A stretch of 64,000 nt of DNA from Candidatus Omnitrophota bacterium. Lineage in GTDB: Bacteria > Omnitrophota > Gorgyraeia > 1-14-0-20-64-10. The stretch lies in assembly GCA_016177405.1 (NCBI GenBank), contig JACOVG010000021.1:14434-78433 (forward strand), read 5' to 3'. Position numbers and translations under genes: made by a program. The notes below the pieces were generated by a model. The model did no database searches. It was not told where the DNA came from and saw nothing but the letters and a program-made list of their open reading frames with translations. Shown here piece after piece: positions 16,901 through 24,941 of the stretch (within the stretch, counting starts at the first letter, position 1; each line of letters opens with the position of its first letter).

Positions 16901-19900
16901 ACTCCTCCAATTCAATAAGCTTTTCCAGCAAGAGGGCGACTACCAGGGGATGGGTTTTCGAAAAGAGCTCTTTAAGAAAGGCCTCCCGGTAGTAGGTGTA
17001 GGATTGGATCAGCGCCTGGCGGTCAGGCAACCGGATGGCACCGGACGGCACCGCTCCTCCCTCTTCTGCCGCACGCGCAAGACGCATCCTCCCCAAGGTC
17101 TCCAGGACGCCAGCGGCCATCTGGCCCATCATCTGCACCGAAGGGCTCTCTCGGAGCACCTCGGGATGTGACGTAAAGCGCTTCCAATTCTCTGCTCTCG
17201 TCAGGAAAATCCGCTGAAGCGCTTCGGAGGCCTTGATGTTTTGGGGGGTAACGCCGGTGTGGGATACCTGGGCCTCTTGCTGTAACTTCGGAATACGGGC
17301 CTGCTCTATGGCATCGCGAACATAGATGGCCAACAGCATGCGTATAACCGCCAGGGGACCCCCTTCACCCTGAAGCCGTTCGGTCTGATCAAGAATTTGA
17401 AGCGCCTGCTCGTTGGGTAGCCTGCCCACCATCCTGCCGAAAGCCCACAGGAGGCGATCCGTGCCGTCGTGCATCATGGACAGCAGGAGATCATCCAGCA
17501 AGATCGCCCTGACCGATTCCGCTGGAGGATCTTTGCCGAGGAAGACCTCGGACACAAATCGCTGGATCTCCGGATCGTCGACCATCCACGACAAACCCTC
17601 CAGAAATAAAACCCTTTGGAATGAAGCCGCCTGGGAGAGCTCTTCGGACGTTTTCTTCATTCGCTGGTTCGGCTCTTTCACGGTGCGAATCTCCCTTAAA
17701 AGGGATTGCGTCTCGGCATCTACCATCGCATTCGCGTACAGCTCAAAGGGGAGAACCCCCAGCCCGTATTGAAGCCCCCTGGAGAGGACGTAAAGCCGGT
17801 TGGCAGCCGCGGCTCGTTCCCCGGCATGGTGGCGCATGGCCATCGCCGTCTCCGAAGTCCGGCCCATCGAAAGCACCTCCCCAGCCACTCCATGAATCTC
17901 GATAAGCTTTTCCAATTTCCGAAAACGGGCAAAGGAAGCGAGGTCGCCCTCTAATGCCTCCGTGAGAGACTGCTGTACCTCTGTGCAATAGCGAACCACC
18001 TCGGCAATGGTCTCTATGGCCCGCTGGACCTTCTCTTGGAGCTCTTCCTTTTTGAGCCGGCCCTCCTCTGCGGCCAAAATGGTTTCCATGATCTGGGCTC
18101 TCAAGCGGGCCACATAGGAATCGTTTCTAAGGGCGCTCACGACGCCATCGTAAAGATCGCCAAGCCCGCTCCAGATGCGCACCCTTTCTTGATACAGCGC
18201 CTCTATCTTGAGGTAGTGGGAGGGTTCGATGGGCCCTCGCTTGGCTTCGAGCTCGCGAATCTGGGACTCCTTGACTCCATCAAGAAGATAGGCCAAGAGC
18301 AACTGCCCGTGAGCTTTCCATGGAACTCCTCCTGAAAGGCGCAGCGCCGCTTTCACCGCGGCATGAACCCGAATACCGTCCTGGACTGGAAGGTCCCGAA
18401 CCGCAAGGGCCAGGGAGGACAAGGCCTCATCGGAGTGTTCCTCCTGGGAGGAACTCAACACCGCATGGAGGATGGCGTCTCTCAACAGCTCCGCCTGTGG
18501 TGTCCCTGCAAGAAAAATATCTACCAGCCACGCCTGCACCTCTGGGTGTTCTCTTACCCAAAACAGCGCCTTAAGAAAAGCGGCCCGCTGGCTCTCATCG
18601 AAGGTCGGCAGACGCCTCTCCGTTAAATCCAGTCTGCGGTTCGCGTCTTTCTCTGCAACCAAATCCCCAATCAACTCCTTGACCCTCTCATCCCATGGAG
18701 CGCTCCCTGATCCCTCCTCCTGCTCCTCCAGGCCGGAGGGGGGAGACGGCGTTGGCGCGTGACGGATGAGGACCCGAGAGAGCTTTCTGACCAATTGATC
18801 CCGCGTTACCTTATTCTTGGGATCCGGATTTACCAAGTTCTTCCATCTAAAAGTAGACCGTTCCTTCTGAAGACGGAAATCATCCTCGTCTTTTTCCATT
18901 CTAAGGGTGAGGAAATGATCCCCTAACAGCCCCCCCAAACTCAACTCCCCTTGAGCATTTCGGATTCCCCGGCCTTTCCTTGCCTCCATCACCCACCCCG
19001 AACGGAGCTCAACCCCCTCTTTTTTTAAGCCATTGATGCCGGCCACAAAATCCTTGGGCCTCCTGCTGTCAATCACGATATCCCCAATATGAAGCCGAAG
19101 TTTTCGTTCAACGGGAAGCAAGGGAAACCAGGGTTTTTGCTCAACGATTTCGACCTTAACCTGGGGGATCTCCACACTCGGTGAGGGCGGCTGCGGCGGC
19201 GCTGCAGGCTTGGCCACCGGCGCTGGGGGTTTAAGGAGTGCCGCTTTGGGGATGTGCCTCGGTGTAACTTGTTGACCTTCGCTCGCCTTCTTGTACCAAA
19301 CCCAGTGTGTTGAAAGAAATTCAAACACCTCTTGGGCACTCTGTTGGTCCAGGATTTCCTTTTCTTGCCTGATGTGTGTCAGCCAATCCCACGCCGAGAT
19401 GGCAGCCTGCTCATGATCTGAGTTAGGCGCGGGCGGCGCTGCCGCCGCCACCCTTAAGCTCATCTCGGTGGCTTTCGCGTGCACATACTCCAAGAGCGGT
19501 ATCCAGCCGTCCACACGGTACCGCTTCCCCTCCTCCAGGCCGGATAAAAATTCTCTGGCAAAATCCCGAAGCTGTTCCGGCGTTACGCTGACTTCCCGGA
19601 GCATCTTCTGGGCATCGTCGGTTTTCATCGCTTGGTAGGTTTTTTCATTTCCTGTTATGATGACTCCTCCCATCTCGATGGACGCAATGCCGATTCCATC
19701 CAAATGCCTTTCCTTAGCCCACGAGGAGGCATAACTCACCCTGGGAAATATGAAGATTCTGGCCGCCCCTTCCTTTGGCCCACGGGCGAAAAGGACGTTG
19801 TAACCCAGCATTTCCCTCCTCGCAATTCTCCCGTCCAAAAGTCTCAAAAACCGATTCCCGGCATCTGCCAAATCATCTCGCAAAGAGCCTTCCAGCACCA

Positions 19901-21974
19901 AAACCTGAGCAGGGTATCCCTTCGCCGCGAAGACGCTTACCGAGCGCAGGTCTCCAACTTTCTCCAGGGAGGCATCCTCCACCGGCAGCCTGTCGGTAAT
20001 GCCCTGGAAATGTTGATGCTTGGGGACGCTGACACCCACCTCCAGGCCGTTGTGAAAGACGCGATAGGCCGGGGCAAGAAGGAGGAGATCGATGACATCC
20101 TGGATCTCCGATAAGTTGATCTGCTGATCTCGATGATCCTTCCAAGCCAGGGTGATGTGGTCTTGAAAAACAGGAAACGGATTGGGCCAGATATTAAATC
20201 CCCGCCACCGGTAGGCCTTGAGTCCAGGAAAATTCACGGCCACCGTATCCTGACATAACGTGCAGCGCCGGTGATCTGCGAAACTACCTTCCAAATAACT
20301 CATTCCGCTGGTGTCTCGAGCCGGCCTAAACTGGACCCGCAGAGAAGTTCCCGGAAACAATCTCGGTGGATGCCCCTCGGCAGCCTGGGGGTCTTTCAGG
20401 GGGGGCAAGGCACGGGGAGCCATCCTCTGATGCCGCTGAATCGCCAAGAGCACATCGCCTAGGTTAGAAACTGTGCCGCGAGGCAATGGATCGTCTTCTT
20501 GCAGCAACCCTGAATTCAGAATTTCGTTCAGAAGGCGGAGGTTCTCTTGGTAAGGATGATTTTGACCCTCCGCCCATTCTCTGACCCGACTGACAACCGA
20601 CGGTGGCAGCTCCTCGAGACCACCATAGACCAAAAGATGGGCACCCTCCGGGAATTCATTCCGAATCAGCTCCGGCTTCTTCACCTGGAGAAGGAAGAAT
20701 ACATCTTTGGTCAAGGCGTTGTACCTCAAGTTCTCCCAGGTTCCCTGGCCTTTTGCAATCCGAAGATCTGCCCCCAACCACGCCTCTGTGAACTCGGGGG
20801 TCGCCCAGCGAAGATCCGTACCGGCAATATCCGACCCGCTGGAGATAACGGCGAGCCGACTTCTCCAATCCGGAATCTCTCGGAAGAAACGATCTATCTC
20901 AAGGCGCCCCAGCAAACCCTCGATGTCCTGTTTCGTCACGTCGTTGACCACCGGCCTGCCACGTCCAACCAAGGTAACCGAATGTCCCTGGGCCAGCATT
21001 TGCTTGATGAAAAGAAGATCCAAGACGGCTTCTCCCGCATTGTCCATAAGGAAAAGGACCTTCTGGTTCTGGCGCGACAGCTTGTCTCTTAATGGAGAGA
21101 AGTCGCTTCTGAAAAACCAGGAGGAACCTTGAGATGACGCCTCTCGGAGGCGCTCCTCGGTAACCCCCAACAGAACCGTGAGATCCCGGCTCGGTGCGGG
21201 ACCTTGGTCCAGCGCATTGCCAATGATTCCTGCCTGAAGACTTGCCAAAAGAGGGTTTTGGCTCGAACGAATGAGCTCTTCCAGTTTAGGTAATAAACCT
21301 AAGGCAATCTCATTGTCTTGCTTCTTAAGCGTCTTATAGGGATCTGGTTCTCCTGTGGCAACGCGGATCAGCTCATAGTGGATGGCCGCTGCCTGAGGAA
21401 AAGGCAGATCCTCTCCGCGAAGGGGGATGCCGGGAGAGATCTGACCTTGAAGCCTCGCAGAGAGCGCTTCCAGGAGACGATTGGCCAGATCCCGTTTGCG
21501 GGGATCGTCGGTAGACAGTTCAACCAGCTTACGGGAGACGGCTTGCAGGGGGTAAACCTTCTCTGAAACCTCTCTATGCTTAAGCGGACTTAAGATAAAA
21601 GGGGTTCCGGGCTGAATAAATCCTTCGGGAGGCCGTGGAAGCCGGGAGGGATGAAATGGCTCCAGGACGCGATCCAGGATTTCTCTTGGCGCAGCCCCTC
21701 CTGCAAGCGCCTCATCCCGGAGGGCTTGGCTCTCCCTCAAATCATCACTTAGATACCTCCCCTCCTCCAGGCCGGCCTGGAGGGACTCTTCGAGGCCGGA
21801 GAGCTTGGGCGGAGACTCGACGGTTTCCAAATCGCGCAGGCCTGCCTGCCGAAGCTCCGGCGAAGGCAGGGCCCTTCGACCAAACACAGGGTAAACTCCG
21901 GCGGAGGGCGGGAGGGTCAGTGAAATGCTGATCACAAACGAGACAAGGCGAGCAAACCATTTGCCTGGGTTCAT
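13911..21974 (-). CDS. Giant secreted or membrane-anchored multidomain protein (2687 aa). Contains a signal peptide, a DUF89 (ARMT1-like sugar-phosphate phosphatase) domain, a GalT/HIT-like HxHxQ nucleotidyltransferase/phosphorylase domain, a long alpha-helical repeat region, and a C-terminal phosphodiester-glycosidase-like (DUF2233/NAGPA-like) domain.
   Basis: Uninterrupted 8 kb ORF with natural amino-acid composition. DUF89 motifs: LFLMDNAGEAVLDLL and RIAKGQGTWENLRYN (about 20.5-21.2 kb). GalT-like Cys/His motif HRRCTLCQ...VPKHQHFQG (about 19.8-20.25 kb). PDG-like C-terminal domain ...NPKTTQASFSAIGIDPAGKLIFLSMFGE...LLGGSQDVNQWDG (about 14.45-15.0 kb), paralogous to a domain in giant 2. Confidence 0.75.
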   Translation of the reverse strand: MNPGKWFARLVSFVISISLTLPPSAGVYPVFGRRALPSPELRQAGLRDLETVESPPKLSGLEESLQAGLEEGRYLSDDLRESQALRDEALAGGAAPREILDRVLEPFHPSRLPRPPEGFIQPGTPFILSPLKHREVSEKVYPLQAVSRKLVELSTDDPRKRDLANRLLEALSARLQGQISPGIPLRGEDLPFPQAAAIHYELIRVATGEPDPYKTLKKQDNEIALGLLPKLEELIRSSQNPLLASLQAGIIGNALDQGPAPSRDLTVLLGVTEERLREASSQGSSWFFRSDFSPLRDKLSRQNQKVLFLMDNAGEAVLDLLFIKQMLAQGHSVTLVGRGRPVVNDVTKQDIEGLLGRLEIDRFFREIPDWRSRLAVISSGSDIAGTDLRWATPEFTEAWLGADLRIAKGQGTWENLRYNALTKDVFFLLQVKKPELIRNEFPEGAHLLVYGGLEELPPSVVSRVREWAEGQNHPYQENLRLLNEILNSGLLQEDDPLPRGTVSNLGDVLLAIQRHQRMAPRALPPLKDPQAAEGHPPRLFPGTSLRVQFRPARDTSGMSYLEGSFADHRRCTLCQDTVAVNFPGLKAYRWRGFNIWPNPFPVFQDHITLAWKDHRDQQINLSEIQDVIDLLLLAPAYRVFHNGLEVGVSVPKHQHFQGITDRLPVEDASLEKVGDLRSVSVFAAKGYPAQVLVLEGSLRDDLADAGNRFLRLLDGRIARREMLGYNVLFARGPKEGAARIFIFPRVSYASSWAKERHLDGIGIASIEMGGVIITGNEKTYQAMKTDDAQKMLREVSVTPEQLRDFAREFLSGLEEGKRYRVDGWIPLLEYVHAKATEMSLRVAAAAPPAPNSDHEQAAISAWDWLTHIRQEKEILDQQSAQEVFEFLSTHWVWYKKASEGQQVTPRHIPKAALLKPPAPVAKPAAPPQPPSPSVEIPQVKVEIVEQKPWFPLLPVERKLRLHIGDIVIDSRRPKDFVAGINGLKKEGVELRSGWVMEARKGRGIRNAQGELSLGGLLGDHFLTLRMEKDEDDFRLQKERSTFRWKNLVNPDPKNKVTRDQLVRKLSRVLIRHAPTPSPPSGLEEQEEGSGSAPWDERVKELIGDLVAEKDANRRLDLTERRLPTFDESQRAAFLKALFWVREHPEVQAWLVDIFLAGTPQAELLRDAILHAVLSSSQEEHSDEALSSLALAVRDLPVQDGIRVHAAVKAALRLSGGVPWKAHGQLLLAYLLDGVKESQIRELEAKRGPIEPSHYLKIEALYQERVRIWSGLGDLYDGVVSALRNDSYVARLRAQIMETILAAEEGRLKKEELQEKVQRAIETIAEVVRYCTEVQQSLTEALEGDLASFARFRKLEKLIEIHGVAGEVLSMGRTSETAMAMRHHAGERAAAANRLYVLSRGLQYGLGVLPFELYANAMVDAETQSLLREIRTVKEPNQRMKKTSEELSQAASFQRVLFLEGLSWMVDDPEIQRFVSEVFLGKDPPAESVRAILLDDLLLSMMHDGTDRLLWAFGRMVGRLPNEQALQILDQTERLQGEGGPLAVIRMLLAIYVRDAIEQARIPKLQQEAQVSHTGVTPQNIKASEALQRIFLTRAENWKRFTSHPEVLRESPSVQMMGQMAAGVLETLGRMRLARAAEEGGAVPSGAIRLPDRQALIQSYTYYREAFLKELFSKTHPLVVALLLEKLIELEESYAVFMGDTASLARYAAGHGREALAYRRMLTELVTKMREAFEVSPQRDEQVVTGRASLSGAYFSERAMRTGRAFHGRLRQADQAWLEYVKTHHPKFSQACRRAVQEGIREAALVRRWYLQHGIESLGISPQLLAVLFQAASEGFTEEEKGSLRETREWVLAALFPGDEAGTVQRRALANGLIDSEPRPLGLAAYAEMNLPAIEEAWKEGQPSEAEQGRLIQELAVKSRQFLTADGMGSRRKRLGPGEAAWSVWVANALPVDRMAAAYGREIARILQADKGKAADWFAGAMEMLLFVRSGAFQEEKTLRGPYGLPIIFPWLLAKMRVFAEGREIGEKEFSAEQRANQLERIISSVRAEMLRAPERGDTEVQEGSLGDLTGSALGGLAYAAGFKMAVREGSPSQERALAAAVEYLNQAVSDRTSASLGEAIRRADAHFQLGGTAADTKPSPPAELPIQAGDRVHDRRLREWVVEEVDVQGKRARLQGMSGWVALSFLEKMPPLSSPPKNQGPPSAGLEEFVVGDPKSDPSGIGAIRSVTLRTGTQQASGQVFLVDSRQVQVVSWFNPEILDQDLPGDTLPQMLGDPALSDDQLPGRHFQEIIEEGRGSAEEEQAPRLIYASNSFQSNFWQPLGLLIVDGRLIRKTDKKRGLFQSEYRPLDGRFTVFVLAPLERLGLETVEIKNNQLVTGGISHAISGPALLRNGELVADQIEEAEVIKRDERGRPLGLDWRPDRVGWNPKTTQASFSAIGIDPAGKLIFLSMFGERMGERLSGVTVHQLASLLKELGARDALLLGGSQDVNQWDGTNLRSSPRRPQPAGGKGVERPFRPLNAALLVYPLIGYESGLEEKPVGVQAPVAEPVTKPMRFVVDTGKGDARVLELLRLAVQLRLGEQELPIRAAGVATAQELAQAQARLSDPLARRLLEAVTYVYLPGDEADHRRALNEAMARVQLPSPDFVIREVDQNWIEWYLAALKELGVRGLTPERILEEIEPLRTAA

Positions 21975-22001
21975 CGGGGAGCGGCCCTCTCTTTCAACGC
22001 A

Positions 22002-22031
22002 AGCTTACCCGATGTGAGGTGTTTTTGTCAA
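22002..22031 (-). promoter_or_regulatory. Sigma70-like promoter candidate upstream of giant gene 1 (TTGACA-18-TAAGCT)
   Basis: The reverse complement of 22026-22031 is TTGACA, and the reverse complement of 22002-22007 is TAAGCT. They lie in the only AT-richer stretch of the 90-nt gap, with a GAGAGGG RBS-like element before the ATG at 21974. Confidence 0.3.
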
Positions 22032-22064
22032 GAGTGCAAAACTAGGTTTTTATACTTTTACAGA

Positions 22065-24044
22065 CTACGCGGGAGAGGGGGTGGGGTTGGGCTTGAGGGG
22101 GGCGGGGCCTTTGGGCAGGGAGGCGATCAGCTTTTCCACATCGGACTTAAGCTGCTGGGTCACGGCCCAGGTTTCCTTCACGAAGGAATCGCTGCCGGCC
22201 GGCGGATGGGCCTCGTGGTAATCCTCGATCACCTCGGCGCCCCGGTGGTCGTCCTTCTCCTTGGAGGTCTGGACGTCCTGGGCGATTTTTTCCTGCATCT
22301 GAATCAACTGCCTTAGAAGGTCGGCCGCGCCGCCGTTGGGAAATTCGTGGAAAAGGAGCCGCCTCTCATGCTCCCAGCGGGGGTTGGCGCTCGGCTGTTC
22401 CAAAAGCCGGGCAAGGTCAGCGGGCTTCCTGCCCCCGGCCAGCGCCGAGAGTTCCCGCTTCAAGCCGAGCAAGGCGTAGTAGCGGATGTAGAAGGTGTAG
22501 GTTTCGATCGCCTTCCTGCGGGAGTGCTCCAGGAGGTAGCTCTTGCCCAGCCCCTCCACATCCTTGGAGGTGTAAAGCTCCTTCACCTTGCCCACCTGAA
22601 GCCGCCGGCGGGCGTCCACCATCATCTCCACCAGCTCCGGCCGGAAAACCTCGAAGTCAAACTTGGAGCGCTTGGCCTTGTTCCGCTTGGCGTACTTGCC
22701 CTCGTTTCGCTTCACCATGTAAATGTTGTCGGAGAGCACCCACGCCGGCATGATCTCGGTGTAGGCCGGCGAGACGCCGGGGTACGCGGCCGCCGGGGTG
22801 TTGATGAGAGAGAAGGGGAAGCGCGCCTTCTGCGGAAGCATGGCGACCCCGCTGGCGATGATCGTGTAGGGGGAGCCGGTCAGGTCGGTGGGAAATTTGA
22901 TGTTGGCCCCCAGGCCGAAGAAGGTCCCCTCGCCCGGCCAGATCTCCTGATCCGGGGCCTTGGCGGTGTGGTTGGAGCCGATGTTGGCGCCGTAGCCGAC
23001 GTTCCCCTTCCCCTCCGGCCAGAGGGCGGCGATCAGCAGGGCCTGGTGATGGAAGCCGACGAACGGCCCCAGCAGGGCGCTCGTCACCTCTCCCTCGCCG
23101 ACACCGGTGTTGGGGCCTAAAATCGAATGGGTCACCTTGCCGTGGCGCTCCACGTGGGAATGCTCGGCAAGGAGCGAGGAGTCCACGATCGCCCCGGTGG
23201 TGACCTCGCTCGCCCATTGGAGGATGCTGGATTTGACGATCGCACCGTTGCCGATCTCGGTTTCCTCTCCCTCGGCGCTCAAGACCGTGGCCTCTTCCAC
23301 GGAGACGGCGTTGGCCACCTGGCCGGCCTGTCCCAGGAAAACCCCTTTCAACCTTGGCGTGTGAAGAATTCTGGCGGAGGCGCCGATCACGTTGCAGGGG
23401 CAGGTGACCGCCTTCACGTAGGCCGCCAGCGCGGCCGCGTAGTCGGAAAGAAGCTTGGTGTTCCCCCGCGAGCGGGCCAAGACCCAGGCCCCGTCCACGG
23501 TGAGCTCGGCAAAGAGGGGAACCTCCCGGCCGCCGGTTTCAATGGCGATGGCGGTTTCCAGGCCGTTGGCGAAGGAGGTTTCCTTCTCCAGGGTAAGACT
23601 TCCGACATCAAAGAGAACCGCCCCCTCGCCTACCACCGTCGCGTTGAGGAGCCGGACGTTGCGGATCAGGGCGTTCTTACCCACCACCACCCGGTCCAGC
23701 GTGGCGTGCGAGAGGCCGGCCGGGAACGCGGTTCCCTCAATCTCGACCGAGCCGGCCGCCCCGGAAAGAAGAACGGGCCCGGCAAAATGGCACCGGGAAA
23801 CCCTCTTGGGATCAAAGCCGCTTCCCGCCCCCACCGACTTCCAATCGCGGGCGGTGTTCCCCTGGGCGGTCAGGAGCTTGATCTGCGCGGGGGTAAGGGG
23901 TTTGAAGCCGGCCTTGCGGCGCTTTTCGGGGGAGACAGACAGCAAGGTGAAGAGGGCCCTGGCCTTGCCCGCCTCGCGAACGAACTCGGAGGCCGAAGAG
24001 GCCTCGCGCAGGGCCCTCACCACATCAAAGGATGGAACAGCCAA
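22065..24044 (-). CDS. DUF4954-like protein with a left-handed beta-helix (hexapeptide-repeat-like) region
   Basis: 659-aa ORF with repetitive [LIV]-G-x-x-x segments (NALIRNVRLLNATVVGEGAVLFDVGS..., GNGAIVKSSIL..., GVGEGEVTSALLGPFVGFHHQ) and a lysine-rich C-terminal half. It is immediately downstream of, and co-directional with, nagB (4-nt gap). Confidence 0.4.
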   Translation of the reverse strand: MAVPSFDVVRALREASSASEFVREAGKARALFTLLSVSPEKRRKAGFKPLTPAQIKLLTAQGNTARDWKSVGAGSGFDPKRVSRCHFAGPVLLSGAAGSVEIEGTAFPAGLSHATLDRVVVGKNALIRNVRLLNATVVGEGAVLFDVGSLTLEKETSFANGLETAIAIETGGREVPLFAELTVDGAWVLARSRGNTKLLSDYAAALAAYVKAVTCPCNVIGASARILHTPRLKGVFLGQAGQVANAVSVEEATVLSAEGEETEIGNGAIVKSSILQWASEVTTGAIVDSSLLAEHSHVERHGKVTHSILGPNTGVGEGEVTSALLGPFVGFHHQALLIAALWPEGKGNVGYGANIGSNHTAKAPDQEIWPGEGTFFGLGANIKFPTDLTGSPYTIIASGVAMLPQKARFPFSLINTPAAAYPGVSPAYTEIMPAWVLSDNIYMVKRNEGKYAKRNKAKRSKFDFEVFRPELVEMMVDARRRLQVGKVKELYTSKDVEGLGKSYLLEHSRRKAIETYTFYIRYYALLGLKRELSALAGGRKPADLARLLEQPSANPRWEHERRLLFHEFPNGGAADLLRQLIQMQEKIAQDVQTSKEKDDHRGAEVIEDYHEAHPPAGSDSFVKETWAVTQQLKSDVEKLIASLPKGPAPLKPNPTPSPA

Positions 24045-24048
24045 TGCC

Positions 24049-24816
24049 TTACGCCAGAACGAGGACGTGCGGTTCGGCCGGGTATTCCCGCGTCAGCTTG
24101 GCGGAGGCCGGCTTGTCCACGATGATCGTCGCCTTGGGATGCAGCTGAACGATCGTGGCCGGCACAATCGCCGTGATCGGTCCCTCGCAGGTGTTGGCGA
24201 TCGCCTCGGCCTTGCCCGCGCCGTTGGCCAGCAGGATGAGCTGGCGGGCGTCCATGATCGTGCCGATTCCCATCGTGATGGCGTACCTGGGAACCTCGTT
24301 CATGTTGCGGAAGAAGCGGGCGTTGTCCTGCCGGGTCCGGTCGTCCAGGGTCTTGACGCGGGTCCGGGAGCCCAGCGACGAGCCCGGCTCGTTGAAGGCG
24401 ATGTGCCCGTTGCCGCCGATCCCCAGAAGCTGGAGGTCCAGGCCCCCGGCCCGGATGATGTCCTCTTCGTACTTGCGGCAGAATTCCGGGATGTCCTTCG
24501 CGGTGCCGTCGGGGATATGGACGTTCTTGGCGTTCACGTTCAGGTGCTTGAAGAGGTTCTCCCACATGAAGAAATGGTAGCTCTGGGGATGCTCGTGGAC
24601 CAAGCCCACGTACTCATCCAGGTTGAAGGTGGTCACCTTGGAGAAATCCAGACCATCCTCTTTGTGCAGGCGGATGAGCTCCTTGTAGGTCCCCAGGGGG
24701 GTCGAGCCGGTGGCCAGCCCCAAAACGGCCCGGGGCTTGCGGCGGATCAAATCGGCGATCAGCTCCGCCGACAGGCGGGATACCTCGTCGTACGATTCCT
24801 TGACAATGACTTCCAT
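24049..24816 (-). CDS. nagB: Glucosamine-6-phosphate deaminase
   Basis: The 255-aa ORF has canonical NagB blocks (LGLATGSTPLGTYKELI, FNLDEYVGL, IGGNGHIAFNEPGSSL, ITMGIGTIMDARQ). Confidence 0.9.
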   Translation of the reverse strand: MEVIVKESYDEVSRLSAELIADLIRRKPRAVLGLATGSTPLGTYKELIRLHKEDGLDFSKVTTFNLDEYVGLVHEHPQSYHFFMWENLFKHLNVNAKNVHIPDGTAKDIPEFCRKYEEDIIRAGGLDLQLLGIGGNGHIAFNEPGSSLGSRTRVKTLDDRTRQDNARFFRNMNEVPRYAITMGIGTIMDARQLILLANGAGKAEAIANTCEGPITAIVPATIVQLHPKATIIVDKPASAKLTREYPAEPHVLVLA

Positions 24817-24911
24817 GGCTTTAGGGCGACTCCTTCTTTTGTTGGTTGTTGGGTTCTGATAATAAGGCTTTAGCGCGACCGTTCGCGAGGGGCCTTACGA
24901 GGCGAAACCTT

Positions 24912-24941
24912 ATTATATAAGGAGACTCCCGGAGCCGTCAA
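24912..24941 (-). promoter_or_regulatory. Strong sigma70-type promoter candidate for nagB/DUF4954 (TTGACG-18-TATAAT), with the -10 element inside the palindrome CCTTATATAATAAGG
   Basis: On the minus strand the sequence reads cccTTGACGgctccgggagtctccttaTATAATaagg. The -35 overlaps the stop of the TPR gene. An AAGGAG RBS lies 9 nt before the nagB ATG, and a CA-rich leader (cccaacaaccaacaaaag) precedes it. Confidence 0.5.

Noticed and set aside
22347-24125. Plus-strand ORFs 22347..23120, 23127..24125 and 23455..24873
   Set aside because: They are antisense shadows of the DUF4954-like gene and nagB.
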